Shown here: piece by piece, positions 24,700-39,700 of the stretch
Layout: every line of letters begins with the position of its first letter
Numbering within the stretch: position 1 is the first letter of the stretch
Source: Marsupella aquatica
Taxonomy: Eukaryota; Plantae; Marchantiophyta
Assembly (NCBI GenBank): GCA_973895155.1
Contig: OZ316898.1
Location: 15,220,330-15,284,329, forward strand
Length of the DNA: 64,000 nucleotides
Direction of reading: 5' to 3'
Notes under the pieces: model-generated
What the model was told of the DNA's origin: nothing
Databases searched by the model: none
Seen by the model: the letters and a program-made list of their open reading frames with translations, nothing else
Position numbers and translations under genes: made by a program

Positions 24700-26095
24700 T
24701 CCCAAAAATCAAGGATGAATCCCATGGGGTAAAGCACTGTACATCCCACCAACACATGCTTAGTCAAAATAGCTTGCGTCTATAGGTGAGAGCTATCCTT
24801 CACATGACCCTCTTGAATCCGCAAGTCAAGTGGTCGTCTGGTGATGTGCTGTGTGGGTGTAGGTCCCCCCAATGAAGTCTGAATAGGAAAGGGACACTCA
24901 TTCAGTTCATCTGGATGCAATCCCAATCCTTGTACTGCAAACTTACCCAACATCAAGGGCTGGGCACCAGTATCCAATAACACTCTCTCTAGCTGGTATA
25001 CTGTTCCAATAGGCCCAACTAATTGGAAGATACCACTCAAATTATCCAATGACACAATGCTAGATTTAAACCTAGTCCTCTCAAACGTAGGGCGTGTTGG
25101 CAAATGCATCAACTTTGCCGCTGTTGCATGCCATGTCTCACTAGTAGCAGTAGGTGGTGTCAACTCTGCTGCTTCAAAATTGCATGCTACCTCTGCATGA
25201 GAAGCCAAAACTAGAGTATCCTTGCATAATATGACTGCTAATTTGAACACATCAGCTGGACCAACCCCCAATGTCAGCATATCTATCACTAAAAATAGTG
25301 GGGTGCGCACTATGGTGGTAGCCGCCCCCAACGGGGGATCTCTCCGTGACAGCAAATAGCAAACAGCAAACAGCAAACAGTAAACAACAAACAACAAAAC
25401 TCATACCAGCAAATGTGCACCCAAAAAAAGACACCAAAGGATAAGAAAATATTGTCACATATATCGGACAGGAAGCGGCCATTGAGTACATTTATACTAG
25501 CGTCGGGCGCTATAAGGAAAACATCCAAATAAAAAACCTCTTTGAACTACCGGCTACAGTAATAGCGTCGGGCGCTACTCTAATCCGACACGTCATGGCG
25601 TTCTTATTTAGTGTCGTCGTTCTCCACGAACGGGTAAATAAAACAAGGAAAACTAAAGACCAGATCCACAACCACCACTCGACTCTAAGCCCGATTCAAA
25701 ACCGCTACTTTTTGATCTATCAGTGGACTATGCTTCGTCGTCCATATACTTGGATTTTGCAATATCATCTACGAAGTGATTCTGCACAAACTTTCTATCT
25801 GAGCCTCTCCTGAGTCTAAGACCCTTCCCAAGTAAGCGTCCTGACTGAATCTGCCCGTTGTGCCGCCTTTTCAGCATAAGAGGGGAGAACAAATGGCTTC
25901 TCCAGGGTTTGTACAACGTTCCTAGAGACGGTCCTTCAAATTTGAAAACGCCTCCAAAGATTCCACTCTGACCTGAGAATTTGAACTGGAGTTCTTTAGT
26001 CGAAGTCGAGAAATCGGACGAATTTTCTAGACAAAAGGGAGTATAGGAGTTCTTTGGAAAAAAGTATACAATGAGAGAAAGAAAGCTAAAGAAAA

Positions 26096-29000
26096 TTACT
26101 CTTCTGACTCTTCACTGTCCTCATCTCCAGATCCAAGGTCCACCACATTCTTTGACACCTCATCATCTTTAGATTGCTGAGAAGCATTGCCATCCTCACC
26201 CTCGTCCTCCAAATCAAAATTTAGAATAGCACGGAGCCTGTCCTGCTTCTTACTTCCAGGAATCTTCTTAGGAGGAGTTGGTGCAACCACTTCTTTGTTC
26301 TGTAAAAGACCGAGGAAGACCTTACCGGAAGTATCAACAAACTCTGGCCGATTTTCCAGCCCAACAACAAAGCGACCAGAATAATCTCCAGCCACAAACG
26401 TACTACCGGAACCTACTGTCCAGTCCATAACGATATCTCCAGGAAGAGTCACCAATTCCAAAATAGTTTGCATGAACCCCACAGGCAAGCGTGAATTTCC
26501 TGCAAATTGGAGCTCAGGAGTCGGGTCATGTCGCGGCAACAAAAACCCAATAATGTTAGTGATGGAATGGTCTTTCGGGACCCTTCCCTTGTCAAAATGC
26601 GGCAAAATATATTAAGAGTAAGTGTGAATATCTGCAACATAGTTTCCCAATGAAGGCAGTATAAGAAAATAGACACATACATTAGCGCTTGGCGCTAGTC
26701 AACCCTTCATCCTTACGAAAGATAAGTGAATTGTAGATATAGCGAATGCTGATAGTAACGTCGGGCGCTAGTATGTGCAAGAGGAATTGTTACCTGAGTA
26801 TCAGATCGGGGCCTATACATTGGTGTAGTCATGACCACATGGTGGGTTGAAATACACTGGAAACACTTAGAATCCTGGCAAGCCGCAATCACTTCAGATA
26901 CCTGATCATAGTCTCCTTTGTGTAAAATTGCAAGTAGGCCATCGTCTGCCAGGAACTGCTCCATGGCTCGGAAGAAAGAGCTTGGAATAGTGTAATCCTG
27001 AAGGTTCCACTTGGGAACCTTCCGATCAAGAAGTGTTGGTTTTAATCCAGTGGGAATGTAGATGAAACCAGCATCCACACCAAAGCCCCTCTCTTTTCCG
27101 CCATGCATTACTCCCTTCTCTCTGTCTCCTGACTTTACCAATTCCTTTCCCCAGGCCTCAACTTTAGTAACCCACATGGGCTTCATCCCCTTGTTAAATA
27201 CCAAATCGTAAAATTCGTTTAAATTGGACTCCACAAAACAATGTCTAGAACACCTTCGCTTAAAATTCCCGACATCTCTCTGGAGTCCATAGGAAATAAA
27301 GTCTCGAGTAGATGATGCTACTCTGTCCTCACCGGCGCCTCTTTTTTTCTTTTTCTTTGTGCTAGTTGCGTCAACAGGGACAATGGATTTGCCAGCACCA
27401 TCTGGGGTCCCTTGATCTGGGGTTTCTTGAGCTCTAGTGTTTGCCTCCGATGCCTGAGGAGTTGCATCATTCTTCCCTTTGGCAGCCGGGACCTCCGTGT
27501 CAGACTTTCGACCTCCTGTTAGGCATAGAAACATGCATGAGTCCAACCTTTCAGACTAGCGCCAGGCGCTATTAATCAAAGGAATTTCCAAATGAAACTC
27601 CTGCATAAGCAGCGCCAACAAGTAACCAAAAAGCGCTTAGACTACTCACTTTTTTTGAAGGACCTAGTGGAGTCACTTGGTGCAGTTGACTCATTCTTCG
27701 CCTTTGCTCTTGGCTTACGGCTTTGGTCAACGTGCATGACAAGAGACTCACAATTCTTCTGTAACTCAGATGCAGATTCGTCAACATCAGACTGGAGACC
27801 TTGCTTCATTGCAGACACATAGTTGGTAGGGATCTGGGACTTCTACAACTTTGTGAAGGCATCCTTCTCAGCTTCGTCGAATGGTAAATCCCATTTGTCT
27901 ATGTCGAGGTACCACGGACAGTGAAGTCTCTCCCACTCCGACAATGAACGTGGTGGAAACTTTCCCTCCGCTGGGTACATCGAATACAGGTCGGCAAGAG
28001 CGTCTCCCTCTTCGATAGACACCCATTTCTGAAATGCAGCTCGGTATGCCCACAGAGTGTCAGGATATCTAAGCTCCATCCACATGTAAAACCGGTATAG
28101 ATATTGTTTGGCTCTCTTCCGTTCCGCTCTGTGTAATCTTCCTTGTCCGCATATTTGGAAGGCCACAAGTTGTTGAAGAATTTTGCCTTGACAAGATCCC
28201 CAAAGTTTCTGAATTCATCGAGAATGATCTTAAGCATGGCCTCCATTGACTCACACCCAGACTTTGTGAGACGGTCAGCCGACATCCGGCCAAAAATCTG
28301 TTTGAAGAAGTGTGGAGCATTCCAGTTGCAATTCCCTCCATAGTATTCCAAGTATGCCATGTATGGCACCACTGCTTCACAGGCTCGTCGTTGACACTTG
28401 CAGGATGGAAAAACTGTTTCCGAATCTTGGGAGTGCAGTGGGCTACTAGAAGGGTGCACCTCAATTTTGGATCCAGGTATGAAACAACAGTAAACAACCT
28501 GGCTCAATCCATTGTGCATACAACTGTGTCTGGCTTCTTCTCCCGTTTGTTCTTCTCAGTTACGGGATACATCTCAGCACAGGTTCCCAAATAATCTCCA
28601 AAATCCGGATGAAGTAAAGGGGTGATCTTCGTCACTTTGATCGACCAATCTTTGGTCGCCTCCTTCATCATTGCCTCATGCCTCTTTGTGGTCTCCTCTT
28701 CTGACCAAGGAGCCCCTTGAGCTTTGGCTAAAGCCATATCAGACTTAAATTGATTTGAGTAAGACTTGATTTTGTCCACACACAGAATGTAGATTAGAGC
28801 ATCCTGTGGCATTTTATGTGTAAGCCAAGACCCCTTTCTCGTCTTCTTTTGGATCGCCTCAAACTTTGCCATGTTTGCGCTGTCGATGAGTGGCTTATAG
28901 TGATCAAGATCACGCGATAGAATTTGGGAAATTCTGTCCGCGTCAAGAATCCAGGAAGGCTCGACGACTGCTTGTCCAAGCCTGGATGCAATGAAAAGGA

Positions 29001-29671
29001 ATTAGTAGCGCCGGGCGCTAGCAAAAATTGGGGAATGAACACTTTTGCAAAGCATGTTTGGTCCAAAATGAATGACAGGGGTAACAATAGTTAACGAATA
29101 GAACTTACTGGTTCACGGTGTGCATTGCCGCCTCGAGCTCAACTAGCGAACCTCTGTCACCATTGAAAATGACGCAAATCACACGAGGATGATACTTCAA
29201 GTTGTCCGGATTCTCCCTAGTGACGATTGACCAGGAGTACAATCGATAATTTCCGTCAAACACACAAAACATTTTATCTTTTAGAATATGGAACGCTGGG
29301 TCCGCATCACACTCTTCCTCAAACTTGTCATTCTCTGCGACCCAGATTGGATCCCAAGAGTCCTGGATCTCGCTGGTGCATATTTGAGGAACCCCATCGG
29401 TATTCGAAGGCTGAACGTAGAAAGGCATCCCAATGCGTGAGTTGTACCCGATGACCCGAAATGATTCTTTCAACTTCTCGATTGATGCACTTTCTTTCTG
29501 TAAGGTTCGAACAAGCTCCATGGGGAGCAATCTACAAAGAGGAATTCGAGGTGGCTCCTTATCGAATCCTCAAAAATCCTTCCCAAACGACAATGCGTGC
29601 TTTGATATTGCCTCGTCCATCGATAAGCCAATGTCACTGACTTCACCCATGGAGACCTCCTTAGGGTCCAT
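26096..29671 (-). pseudogene. Multi-exon MULE cargo gene: N-terminal ParB/Srx-like domain, C-terminal beta-class (N6A/N4C) DNA methyltransferase-like domain
   Basis: ParB-like IEKLKESFRVIGY..PFYV..VFDGNYRL..VICVIF..MHTVN. MTase-like VDAGFIYIPTG (degenerate motif IV), FFRAMEQFLADDGLLAIL, and LPVGFMQTILELVTLPGDIVMDWTVGSGSTFVAGDYSGRFVVGLE (motifs X-I-II). Probable introns ~28982-29108, ~27516-27649, ~26632-26793; stops and frameshifts present. Confidence 0.75.
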
Positions 29672-32600
29672 TCTCCCTCTCCTCAACCTCGGGTAGGGCT
29701 GTGCAGATTCAGCTTCGAAAGTTGACAGGGACGCAGTCGATCGAGTGACGCGACGGGGTATACTGAACCAGCGAATGAAGACTAAGAGGACTCAGAATGA
29801 CCACCATCAACCTCCCCCATTCTCGTATCACCCAGCCAAAAGTTGTCGTGGAGAGCGACTCGACCACCCGGCACTGTCGTACGCGCCGTGCAGTTCTTGT
29901 GACGATCACGTCTCAAAATGTACGGGACCAATAAAGGACGCACATACGCACTTGACAAACTCGTACAGTCCGAGGCCTGAGCGCTTAGACGGACTAAATT
30001 ATCCCAAACGAGCGATCTCCACCTCGTATTAAGACACCGATACAATGGACCCAGCCATTCAATTACAACGGTCCCAAGTACAGATGGCATCCTCCGATTG
30101 GACTTTTCCCAAAGCAAAAAGCATTCCGTGAACCTCAATCTACTATAATATTACCGTTGGAAAGTGACCTTTGGAACCACATCAGTGTCGGTAGTTGTGG
30201 ATAGCGCCAGGCGCTATAATACAACATACCTTCAAATGTATCTAAAAAACCGTCTTCATGTAGATACGGGCAGTACTGTCAATACTATTCTCTATAAATT
30301 TTCCAATTTTGTGCAGGTGTCGACAAGCCAACTTTAGTAGCGCTCGGCGCTAGTATTCAAATAAATGATGAAATCGAAGTCCAATGACAACAAACATGAC
30401 CACATGAACCCATTCATTCAATGAATATTCCAATGAATTACAATAGCGCCTGGCGCTATTAAAATGCACATCAATTGAACAGAATTTGTTGAAATAAAAG
30501 TAAAAAATAACTCCAAACGGGTCTGACTTGTGATTCCTTTGATTAATAGCGCCCAATGCTATCAAAAACAATTTAAAGATAAGACATGTCACGACAATGT
30601 TAAGGACACTTTGTTTCTCATAATAGCGCCGAACGCTACTAAAAACATTGACAACAAACGAGTGTTTACGACAATTTCAAAGAAATCGATCAGGTTCACA
30701 TTCAGAAATACAATGCTAACACGGGAGTAGAATCGGAAATTAAAGCTTGGTATTCTGAATTCAAAAGCATTGACACCGATGTAAAAACGAACGGCTGTGC
30801 CATTCATATACAAAATGTTACAGTACACTAGAAATCCTGCATACGATGAAGGAACGGTATGCATTTTCTATCAGAAAAATGAGTGGAAATAGATCCTATC
30901 AACCTCGATGGATCCTCCAAGTCTCTCCAGCACTCGAACGATACGCTCTGACAACGGGAAATCAGTCTTCCCACCAACTTGGCTTGTACGCATCGGAGTC
31001 GTCATTCGAGTCACTCGATCCATACCATGCAAATCCTCGCCTGCTCGGTGATGAGTCCCCGCTCGAAGAACGATCACTCTTAGTGGATGAAGAAGGCTCG
31101 GAGACACCCGTGCAGATAGTGCCAGCTCTCGGACGGCCGACTGAAGCAAGGGCGATATCCCTAGCGGGAACAGAAGTCGGGCCGCTCGGATTTGGCCAAC
31201 TGGATCCTTCACTGTGGCCGCAGGTGGGGCATTCTTTGTCTTCGAGATGAGTTTGCCCTTCTTCAAGATTTGAACCGTCGTCCTCTCGGCATTCGGCCAA
31301 GGCGGTAAGCTATTTGATGCGGGGGTCTCCCGGTCGGTGTCGCTCGGGACAAGTGCCTCCTCCTTTCCCTCGTGGAGGTGCCATTGAAAGTGAGAACGAG
31401 GACGAGAATAAGAACGTGCACGAAAGTGAAATAGAACCACTAGGCCCGAAAGTGAGAATGAGAACCACGCGCCCAAAAGATGAGCCACAACTGCGACTCA
31501 GTGAAGAATGGCTCGACAATGAGGACATTGGAGGAGAACGGCAAGATATAAGGAGAATTTGCACTTGGTCCCGGGTACCCACTTTGAAGAGGACCCTCTG
31601 AGAGCACTTTCGGAGATGCTTCCTTTCTGACACATTTGGACCTGGGCGGATCGGATTCGCGAAGATCCAGTGGAGATTTTCAAGCGTGCCAACTTAATGA
31701 CTCGTACTGTATCGCGTTATTGTACTTTTCCTTCCATTAAATGTTTTCAAGTCCATTGAAATAGGTAGCGCCAAGCGCTATTATTAATTGCCTTCGTACT
31801 CCTCACCCAAAAATGTTTGCACCCAGAGGTAGCACCAGGCGCTATTATTATTGGCATTCGTAGTCCTCACCCAAGAGTGTTTTACACTTAGAGGTAGCGC
31901 CAGGCGCTAGTAACTATGAACCCAAATCCTGCCGTTGGTAAGACGACAAAACGTCATTGATGGAGTGCGTCCAAATCTATAACGACTCTATAGTGAGAAT
32001 GAAACGTTTACTTCTCGTACTCGAATCTCATGATAAACATATTTCATTTCACGCGGGGCAAAGGCATATCCACTAGAAGAATCCGAGGTGAACTAAGATC
32101 GCAATATGTGACTCATTTTGGCTCATGTGACTTCATTGTGACTCAACGTGACTTGACCCACGCTGTGACCCTTGGAGTTGCAAAAGTTGAGACCAAAAAA
32201 TGGAAGTCACTATTGATACTGGGCTTTGCAACTCGCTTGATACCCATTTGTGACTGATCTGTGACTTTATTGTGGAGTCTAGCCTTGTTTCGACGTGACT
32301 GCAATATGACTTCAGCGAGTCACATCGTAAGTCACAAACATGACTTACCCGCATTCAACAACGACTAGCGTGTGACTATTTAGTGTCACAAGAGAGACCA
32401 ATGGAGACCCTGGCCCGCGTCACACAACAAAACCATTTGGGACTCTATATACTCATGTTTATAACTAATAAGGTTCACATGCAAGTTATAACCATGACTA
32501 ATGAACACAGAGGGACAGTTCATAAGGAGAGAGAGCACTCGACATTACAATACATAGAAACCTGATGTTCTAACTTTAGAAATATAACACATTGAATACA

Positions 32601-32925
32601 AGAAATGAACATAGCATGAATGACATCCACATGAAACAAAGCATCATATAAGCAGATCCTACATAAAACATTCATAAGAATTAAACACAATCACAATCTT
32701 GCTAAAAAATGAAGATCATTTGAATTCCAATGGAATAGTTTACAATGTGATCAATGTAATTCAGACAAAATAAGAACTCATAATTGATGACTGTAGGATG
32801 AGATAACTGAAAGCACATGCATGATACTATGAATCTCCAAGAGGACATGATTCTTGTACTGCTTCTTGACATCTAAAATCTACATAACATGACTCACACT
32901 ACAAACAAATAATGGCATGACATTG

Positions 32926-35900
32926 TTATGGATCCTCTATGAACTTGCTTGGCCATAATACCAAAGAACCTGTAGCATCTCCAAGTGTCTTTTGAGGAGG
33001 ATCATCATTTGTGTTTGGAATGGGAAGGACAGCTTTAGGTTTCACTAGTAATGTGACTAACACTACTGAATAACCTGGGGGAATCCTCTTGCCATGGAAC
33101 GTTGTGGAACCAACCTGCACTCTGCCAAATCCTACTCGTGTTCCACTCTCATCAACAGCTAACAAGCCACTTTGTCCCTCAGCATTAGGTGCTTTCCCCA
33201 CTTCCACCTTAGATCTTTCTGCCAGCACCGTTCTTGGAGGTTTGTATGAAACCTTTGACGTGGCTCTGCTCCCACCAGCAGACTTGCTTCGTGTGCGCAT
33301 GCTTCCTCTCTTCACAGTAGTGAAGCTAGGCTCAGTAGGTTCCTCTGTTAGGACTGTCACAGTAGCAAGTTCATCACCTGGGAGTGTCATACCAACTAAC
33401 TCTTTGGTTGGATTTATCTCAACAAGAGGCACACCTGTCATTGAGAATGATACATTCTGCAAATCATTTATCTTTGCAATGGAGTCAAGATCTACATAGC
33501 ATGAATCTGGCTCAATGGTATCATTGTCATGCTTGCTGATATCCTCATTTGCCCCAACATTGATATCATCCACTCCCTTGCCAATGTCATCCTCATCCAA
33601 ACATGGTTGACTGCCCTCTGTCAAACAAGTTGCTTGTATAGACTGCAACTTTGTTGCCTCTAAATTACAGCGAGTATTTGCCAGGTTCTCATACTTCTTC
33701 TCTGTAGCACCTGTCTTATTCTCTATGGACACAACAACCACAATATATGTTACTGAAAATAACACATTCAACAAACAATGTCAATTCAAACTATACATTT
33801 AATAATCATATCCCACACAGTTGTAAAGGCCTTACCTTCAAGCCTACATGTCGTTGGCATGCCAGAAGAGTGCATCGACTTTGCCACCTCAAGTGGTGAT
33901 GGTGGAACTCCTGCAGAATTGGAATCAATTTTATCTCTCACCGACACAACAGCTTCCATTAATGTCTTGAAGTTCACATGGAACAAGTCAGTCAATGAAT
34001 TCAAACGTTCATTGATCTTTGGAAGACATGTTTCGACAGCCTTCAAACGACCACTTATCTCTGTAAGTGAAGATCCACCTCCCTACATGACACAGGGGTA
34101 TAGGTTCAATCACTCCATATGAAATGTTGGGCAATATATGCACAATCAATGTTATATACAGTGTACACCTGAAATTCAACGCAGGTCATTCAATTACCAA
34201 TCAGAACTCATATAACTTACATGCTTGGAGGATTCAGATGCACCCTCTTGAGCCCGGGTGTTCACAATTTCAGCCCTCAACTCTTCTTTTGAAGGGCTTT
34301 GCCCCAATTGGGCTTTCTGCACATGCATGGCAAACACAAGTTATCGATCAATATTCAGGGAACGTACACTAAAAAACAAAGTTTACATGTATGGGTTTAC
34401 ACTAAAAAATAGTACATAGTGTAGCATAAATTACATAGCTAGGCCATTCATTCTTACCAAACGTTTAGCTGTCGGTGCAGTGTCGGTCCTTCCTGTCAGA
34501 TTAGGGTTCTGAACACTCAACCTGGCCTCGGTCATCTGTGAACTCTTCTTTTTTGAAGCATCTGTTACAAAATAAGCTACTAACCTTGCCCACACTTTAT
34601 CATCACAACTGGCTGGTGGAGGCATATCTGGCTTCTCCCCACCTTCCTTCCAAGCCTTATGCATTCTCCACCTCTCTTGCTTGATGATTTTACCTGCTGT
34701 ACTCTCTAGGCAACCTATGTCCACGCCATCATCACTGCCCACATAATTCCATTTGGCAGCAACATTTTCACATACAGTCTTCCAATCTTTTGGATGTTGT
34801 TTTTTAAAATTAATAACACTCACATCTAACCAATGCAATACTTCAGCTTTCAAATCAGCATGCCATCGGTTCTTGCGAGGACACTCAACATCCACCCATT
34901 GTCTCTCATTCAACTTTACGTTCCCTTTCTTTGTCACCTCCCCTCGTGCACTGCTCTCGGTAGTACTGGGCGTTGTATTGGCCACCCCTTCATTCACCCT
35001 ACCTGGGGTTCTGAAGCCACCTGGGAAAATACAATGCCATTCATGCTTGAGAACTACATATAGCAGAATGGATGACGGCAACATTCAATGCTTCACTTCA
35101 AGAAAAATTCTTCAAACATACATACCTGTAGCTCTGCCTGTAGATGCCTGTGCAGGGACTGCACTCTGAAATTGTTGTGACCCTGGACCACCTGTCCAGC
35201 CTAGTACAGGGGCCGGATGATGTCACTTTCTAGGTATGTGTGTGCAAACATATGTACTGAAAACTAAGTACAAACTGTAGGAAAACAACTGAACATTCAC
35301 CGACATACTTGTCCCCCTTCCGTGCTGCATCTGCATAGGGGCATTAGTGAATACTTGAGTCGATGGTTCGACTGTCCAACCTGCACACATACATTTTCTA
35401 TCATTATACATGTGCAGAGTCCCCCCCACGTGAATGGACTCCACATATAATGAGTTCTTCCATTGCTGACAAGATCAGACATTACCTGCCCCTCTTCCAG
35501 CGTTTGTAGGTACTGTATTTTGATATCCCTGCCAATTACCTTCACCACCTTCCCAACCTTGTTCATTCCACGACCCACCACCATCCTCCCAACCTGGTTC
35601 AACCCATGTCTGTCCTTGTGGACATTGGAACTGATCATTACTAGCATTTGCCCAATCAGGTTGGGCAGAATCTGCATGCAATGGCAGGTGGACAGAATTT
35701 CATGTTGTCTGAATCCAATACATCCCAAACAATGTCAAAAATTGATATGCAGTCTGAAATTCAAGAGTGCCATGCCTTCACAAAGAACTGGCATATAGAT
35801 ATATACTCACATCCCCATGGTTGAGGTGGACGTCCATACCCACGAGATTGTGGGTTTGGACCTGCTCTGCCTCTACCACGGGCATAACCTAGAGCTTGCC

Positions 35901-36600
35901 CCCTGCCATAGTATTGGGCACTAGCCTGGGAGCTACCACTACTACCACCTCGCCAACCTTGATCAGAGGTCAGCCCCCCCTGCTGGTATGGTGCATGCAT
36001 AGGCTTCGAAGGCAAAACAGAACTGGCAGGACGCTGCATCACATCACCAACTACAATGTCAGGAACTAAGCAAGGTACATATGTGTAGTACTGAACATAT
36101 GAAACCTCTAAACAAGAGTTTTTAACTCAAAACCTTGTTGGGAAAACTACTTACCTGTTTCTTTTGGGGCTGCTCTGCAATGTATTCATCTTCATAACCC
36201 CCATCCTCATCCATTTCCTCTGGAAAATACTCATCATCTGCATCTTCTTGTCTAGTGTCTGCACCCACCTGTGCAGCATCAATGTCATCTCCACATTCTG
36301 CCATTGTAGGTACGACCTTCTTGCTCAACCTGTCACTCCGACGCACAGGCCCAGAGATAGTGCTGGTCACCCTTCTTGCGTACTCCTTTTGTTTCTTTGA
36401 AAATGTTGTGGCTCTGCGACATTCCAATATGAGAATACAGTCACAATTTCAATGCCACATTGAACTATTCATGTCACAAACTCAGCGGAGGGGTGTAGTT
36501 GAGAATCGTTCCCTTACAATTCAGCCACATCCTTTTCCAGATCCAGTTCTGCGATTTTGGCTTTCACGTATGCTCGTTGTTCCATAGCTTTCCTTTCATA
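32926..36600 (-). pseudogene. CACTA second ORF (TnpA/Ptta-like), multi-exon
   Basis: GKIIKQERWRMHKAW..CDDKVWARLVAYF..KKSSQMTEARLSVQNPNLTG, and C-terminal FHGKRIPPGYSVVLV..LPIP..TLGDATGSLVLWP, typical of plant En/Spm ORF2. Confidence 0.65.
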
Positions 36601-36786
36601 CTCACACATCTCTGTGTCACTCTGTTCCATCCTACTGGACCACAAAAACATGTCATCTATGGTCACCCCGTATAACACAATGCAACCACAATCACCAGGC
36701 ATCCATCCATACATCTGTGTTGCTTCAGAATTACTTTATTACACATCCTTCCCCTCACTAATGTCCATGCAAACAATTCATATTAC

Positions 36787-39700
36787 TCATGGCACAGGCA
36801 CACTGTTGGCATCTGCATCTCTGAATTCGCCTCCTTCAGCAAATGCATCTACCCTTGTCACAGGAATGAAGTCCCCGCTATCATGAACTACAGGCACTTG
36901 GTCTGAACGCCGACGATCAAAGGCACTATGAGAGTGTAAATGAAACTCAAGGTTTGATCCTTCCATCCGACGTTGCCTGGCCTGTTTATGACACACTACA
37001 CGCCAACCTAGGGAGTCTTCCACATCCAGGAAGAAAGCTTGCTCCACCTGACTAGGAAACACAAATGGCTCAGACCATTCGGGCAATTTCCCTCTGAAAT
37101 TGGCCAGCAAGAAACCGTCGTTGTCTCTCTTCATGGTAGCCCTGTTACCAAGCCAATCCTGCCGCACCCATGAACCTTTCATAAGAATCACAGGACTGGA
37201 CACCGCCCCATAGTCCAGAGCCCATATGTCAACTAATTCTCCCACATATCCCATCTCCATCCAGGCCCTGTCGTGATTGTGGCTCTGTTGCTCAAATACA
37301 GTGATGAGCCCGCAGTCATTCATCACCCTGTAGGCACTGTCACCATCCTTCACTCGGAAGTGATTCCCATATGCTCTCATCCGTTTGTAAGTCTTCACTT
37401 TCAGGCTAGGGGCATTAGACAGTAGGTAAACATCTGCATCCATGTCTGGGTGGGTCTCGTGATGCTCTCTAATTGCCACTCTGATCCACTCCATGAAACC
37501 TGGAAAAGCTGTTCCTGCAGTGGGATGGGCCGCCTTCAATGACTCATACTCCCTGAACGAACAACCACACAGCATTAGCTTGGGTAAACATGAACAGGCT
37601 GAAGGAGAAAACCACACGAACACAACATTTAAGCTCATGAACTGGATTATAGCACATGTATGCACTCACTGTATCCAGGGTTCCATCACCACAGTGTTGT
37701 GCAATACAAAGTCATGTGCCAAGTCTCTCATAGATATGGTCAGGTTCTTTGTGGTTGCAGCCCCTTCCAGTACTTCACCTATCACCCCTTCCTCCTCATC
37801 AGAATTCCACACCCTGGTCTTCACATGCTCATATTGTGCTATGTATTCGGTCAGAAATCCCAGAGTCTCATCCTTGATGTAACCTTTTGCCATGCTTGCT
37901 TCAGGTTTGTAATATATTCTCACGTGACCTTTGAGTAGCTTCATGTACCGTTCCAAAGGGTACAACCAACGAGCACTCACAGGCCCAAATTGGTGTAGCT
38001 CTTCCACAACATGGACAAGTAGGTGGGTCATGACATCAAAAAATGCGGGAGGAAAATAAATCTCCAGGTCACACAGCACCTGAGCGACATCTTCTGTCAG
38101 TTGTGGGAAGTGTGTTTCATCCCAAACCTTCACACAAATACGATGAAACACATCACTGAGTCGCATGATCACAGTACGAATAGGCTTCTGCAACAGGCCC
38201 CTCAGGCATAAAGGCAACACCTGTTGCATCAACATATGGTAGTCATGGCTTTTCATACTACCAAGCTTTCTAGTCATGATATGCTTCTTGAAAGCACTGC
38301 CATAGTTTGAAGGAACCTTCAAAGAACTCAACCTCTGCACAAATAGTTCCCACTCTGTGTCTGTCAGAACATAGGGTGCTTGGTACTTCAAGAGCACATC
38401 AGCTCTGTGGGCATGTGGCCTCAACCAAAGATGGGGTTTCATTCCCCTCTGGTCAAGATCCAATCTCACTGAACCAGTGTCTTTCTCTCCACACAAGAAT
38501 CTGAGTAGACTCTCACAAATATTCTTTTCAATGTGCATAACATCAATGTTATGTTTGCTTGGCTCAAACTCCTGCATCGTTGCAATGCAAAAGCATCAAG
38601 AAATGCCTCAAGTTTAGTCTCTCTCTTCGAAATGAATGCACATGCTCTGAACCAAAACATGTATCCCAATTAGCATCAACTCCAAGAGGCTTACCCTCCA
38701 GTACTTGAGCTCCAAGTCCAATATGCTCAGTCTTTTTACACCATATCGCTTTATTGGATCACTCACTCCATCTTCCCTGCCCCCTCGTTTGATATAGTCA
38801 TCCCTCAGTGCTCCCCATTGCCTGATCTCCTCTTTGGTCACTCGTGCCGGGGGTCCACGTTGCTCAATCTCATTGCCAAAGTGTGCAATCAGTGCCTGTC
38901 TTTCTCTGTAAGGGTGATCTGCCTTCAGAAAACGACGATGGCCCATGTATATCACTTTCTGCAGGGCTCTGGAGTACTCACTGGTGACATTGCGCCCATA
39001 GATAGTACAAGCACAATATCCTTTTGTTGTTTGGCCTGATATCATCCCATGGGCTGGGTAGTCAGCTATAGTCAGAATGACAATGGCTCTAAGGATGAAT
39101 GGGCTTAACCTCCCAAGCCTCTGTAGGACATCATATGTGAGAACTCCTTCCTCCCAAAGCTTTCTCAATTCCTCCACTAGGGGAGCCAGAAACACATCTA
39201 TGTTGGCAGATACAGCATTGTCTGGCCCTAGTATCAGTAGGACCATCAGAACAAAAAATCGCTTTGTAGTCATCCAAGGAGGAAGGTTATAATTCAAAAT
39301 AGTTACAGGCCAGCACGAAAATTTGTTGTTCTTGTCTCCAAATGGGTTTACCCCATCCAATGACAGCCCAAGTCTGACATTCCTCGGCTCAGCAGCAAAT
39401 TTGGGATACATCTCATCTATGAGTTTCCATTGCCTTGAATCTGCAGCATGTCGTTGTAGCCCATCATCACTTTTCTTGTCAGTTGCCCAAGTCATCATCT
39501 CCAAGATGGCACGGCTTCTGATCATCCGCTGAAGTCTGGGAATGAGTGGAAAATGACGAAGTACCTTGGCGGGAACCATAGACTTTCCTGAGTTCTGATA
39601 CCTGTGCTTCCCACACTTAGGGCATGTCAACGATTCTTTATACTCCTTTCTGAAAAGAACATGCCCATCAGGACAGGCATGGATCGAATCATAGTTCAAT

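Noticed and set aside
29709-31700. Additional MULE ORFs (e.g. 30962-31300, 30871-31488)
   Set aside because: GC-rich and possibly coding, but overlapping ORFs on both strands with no identifiable domain.
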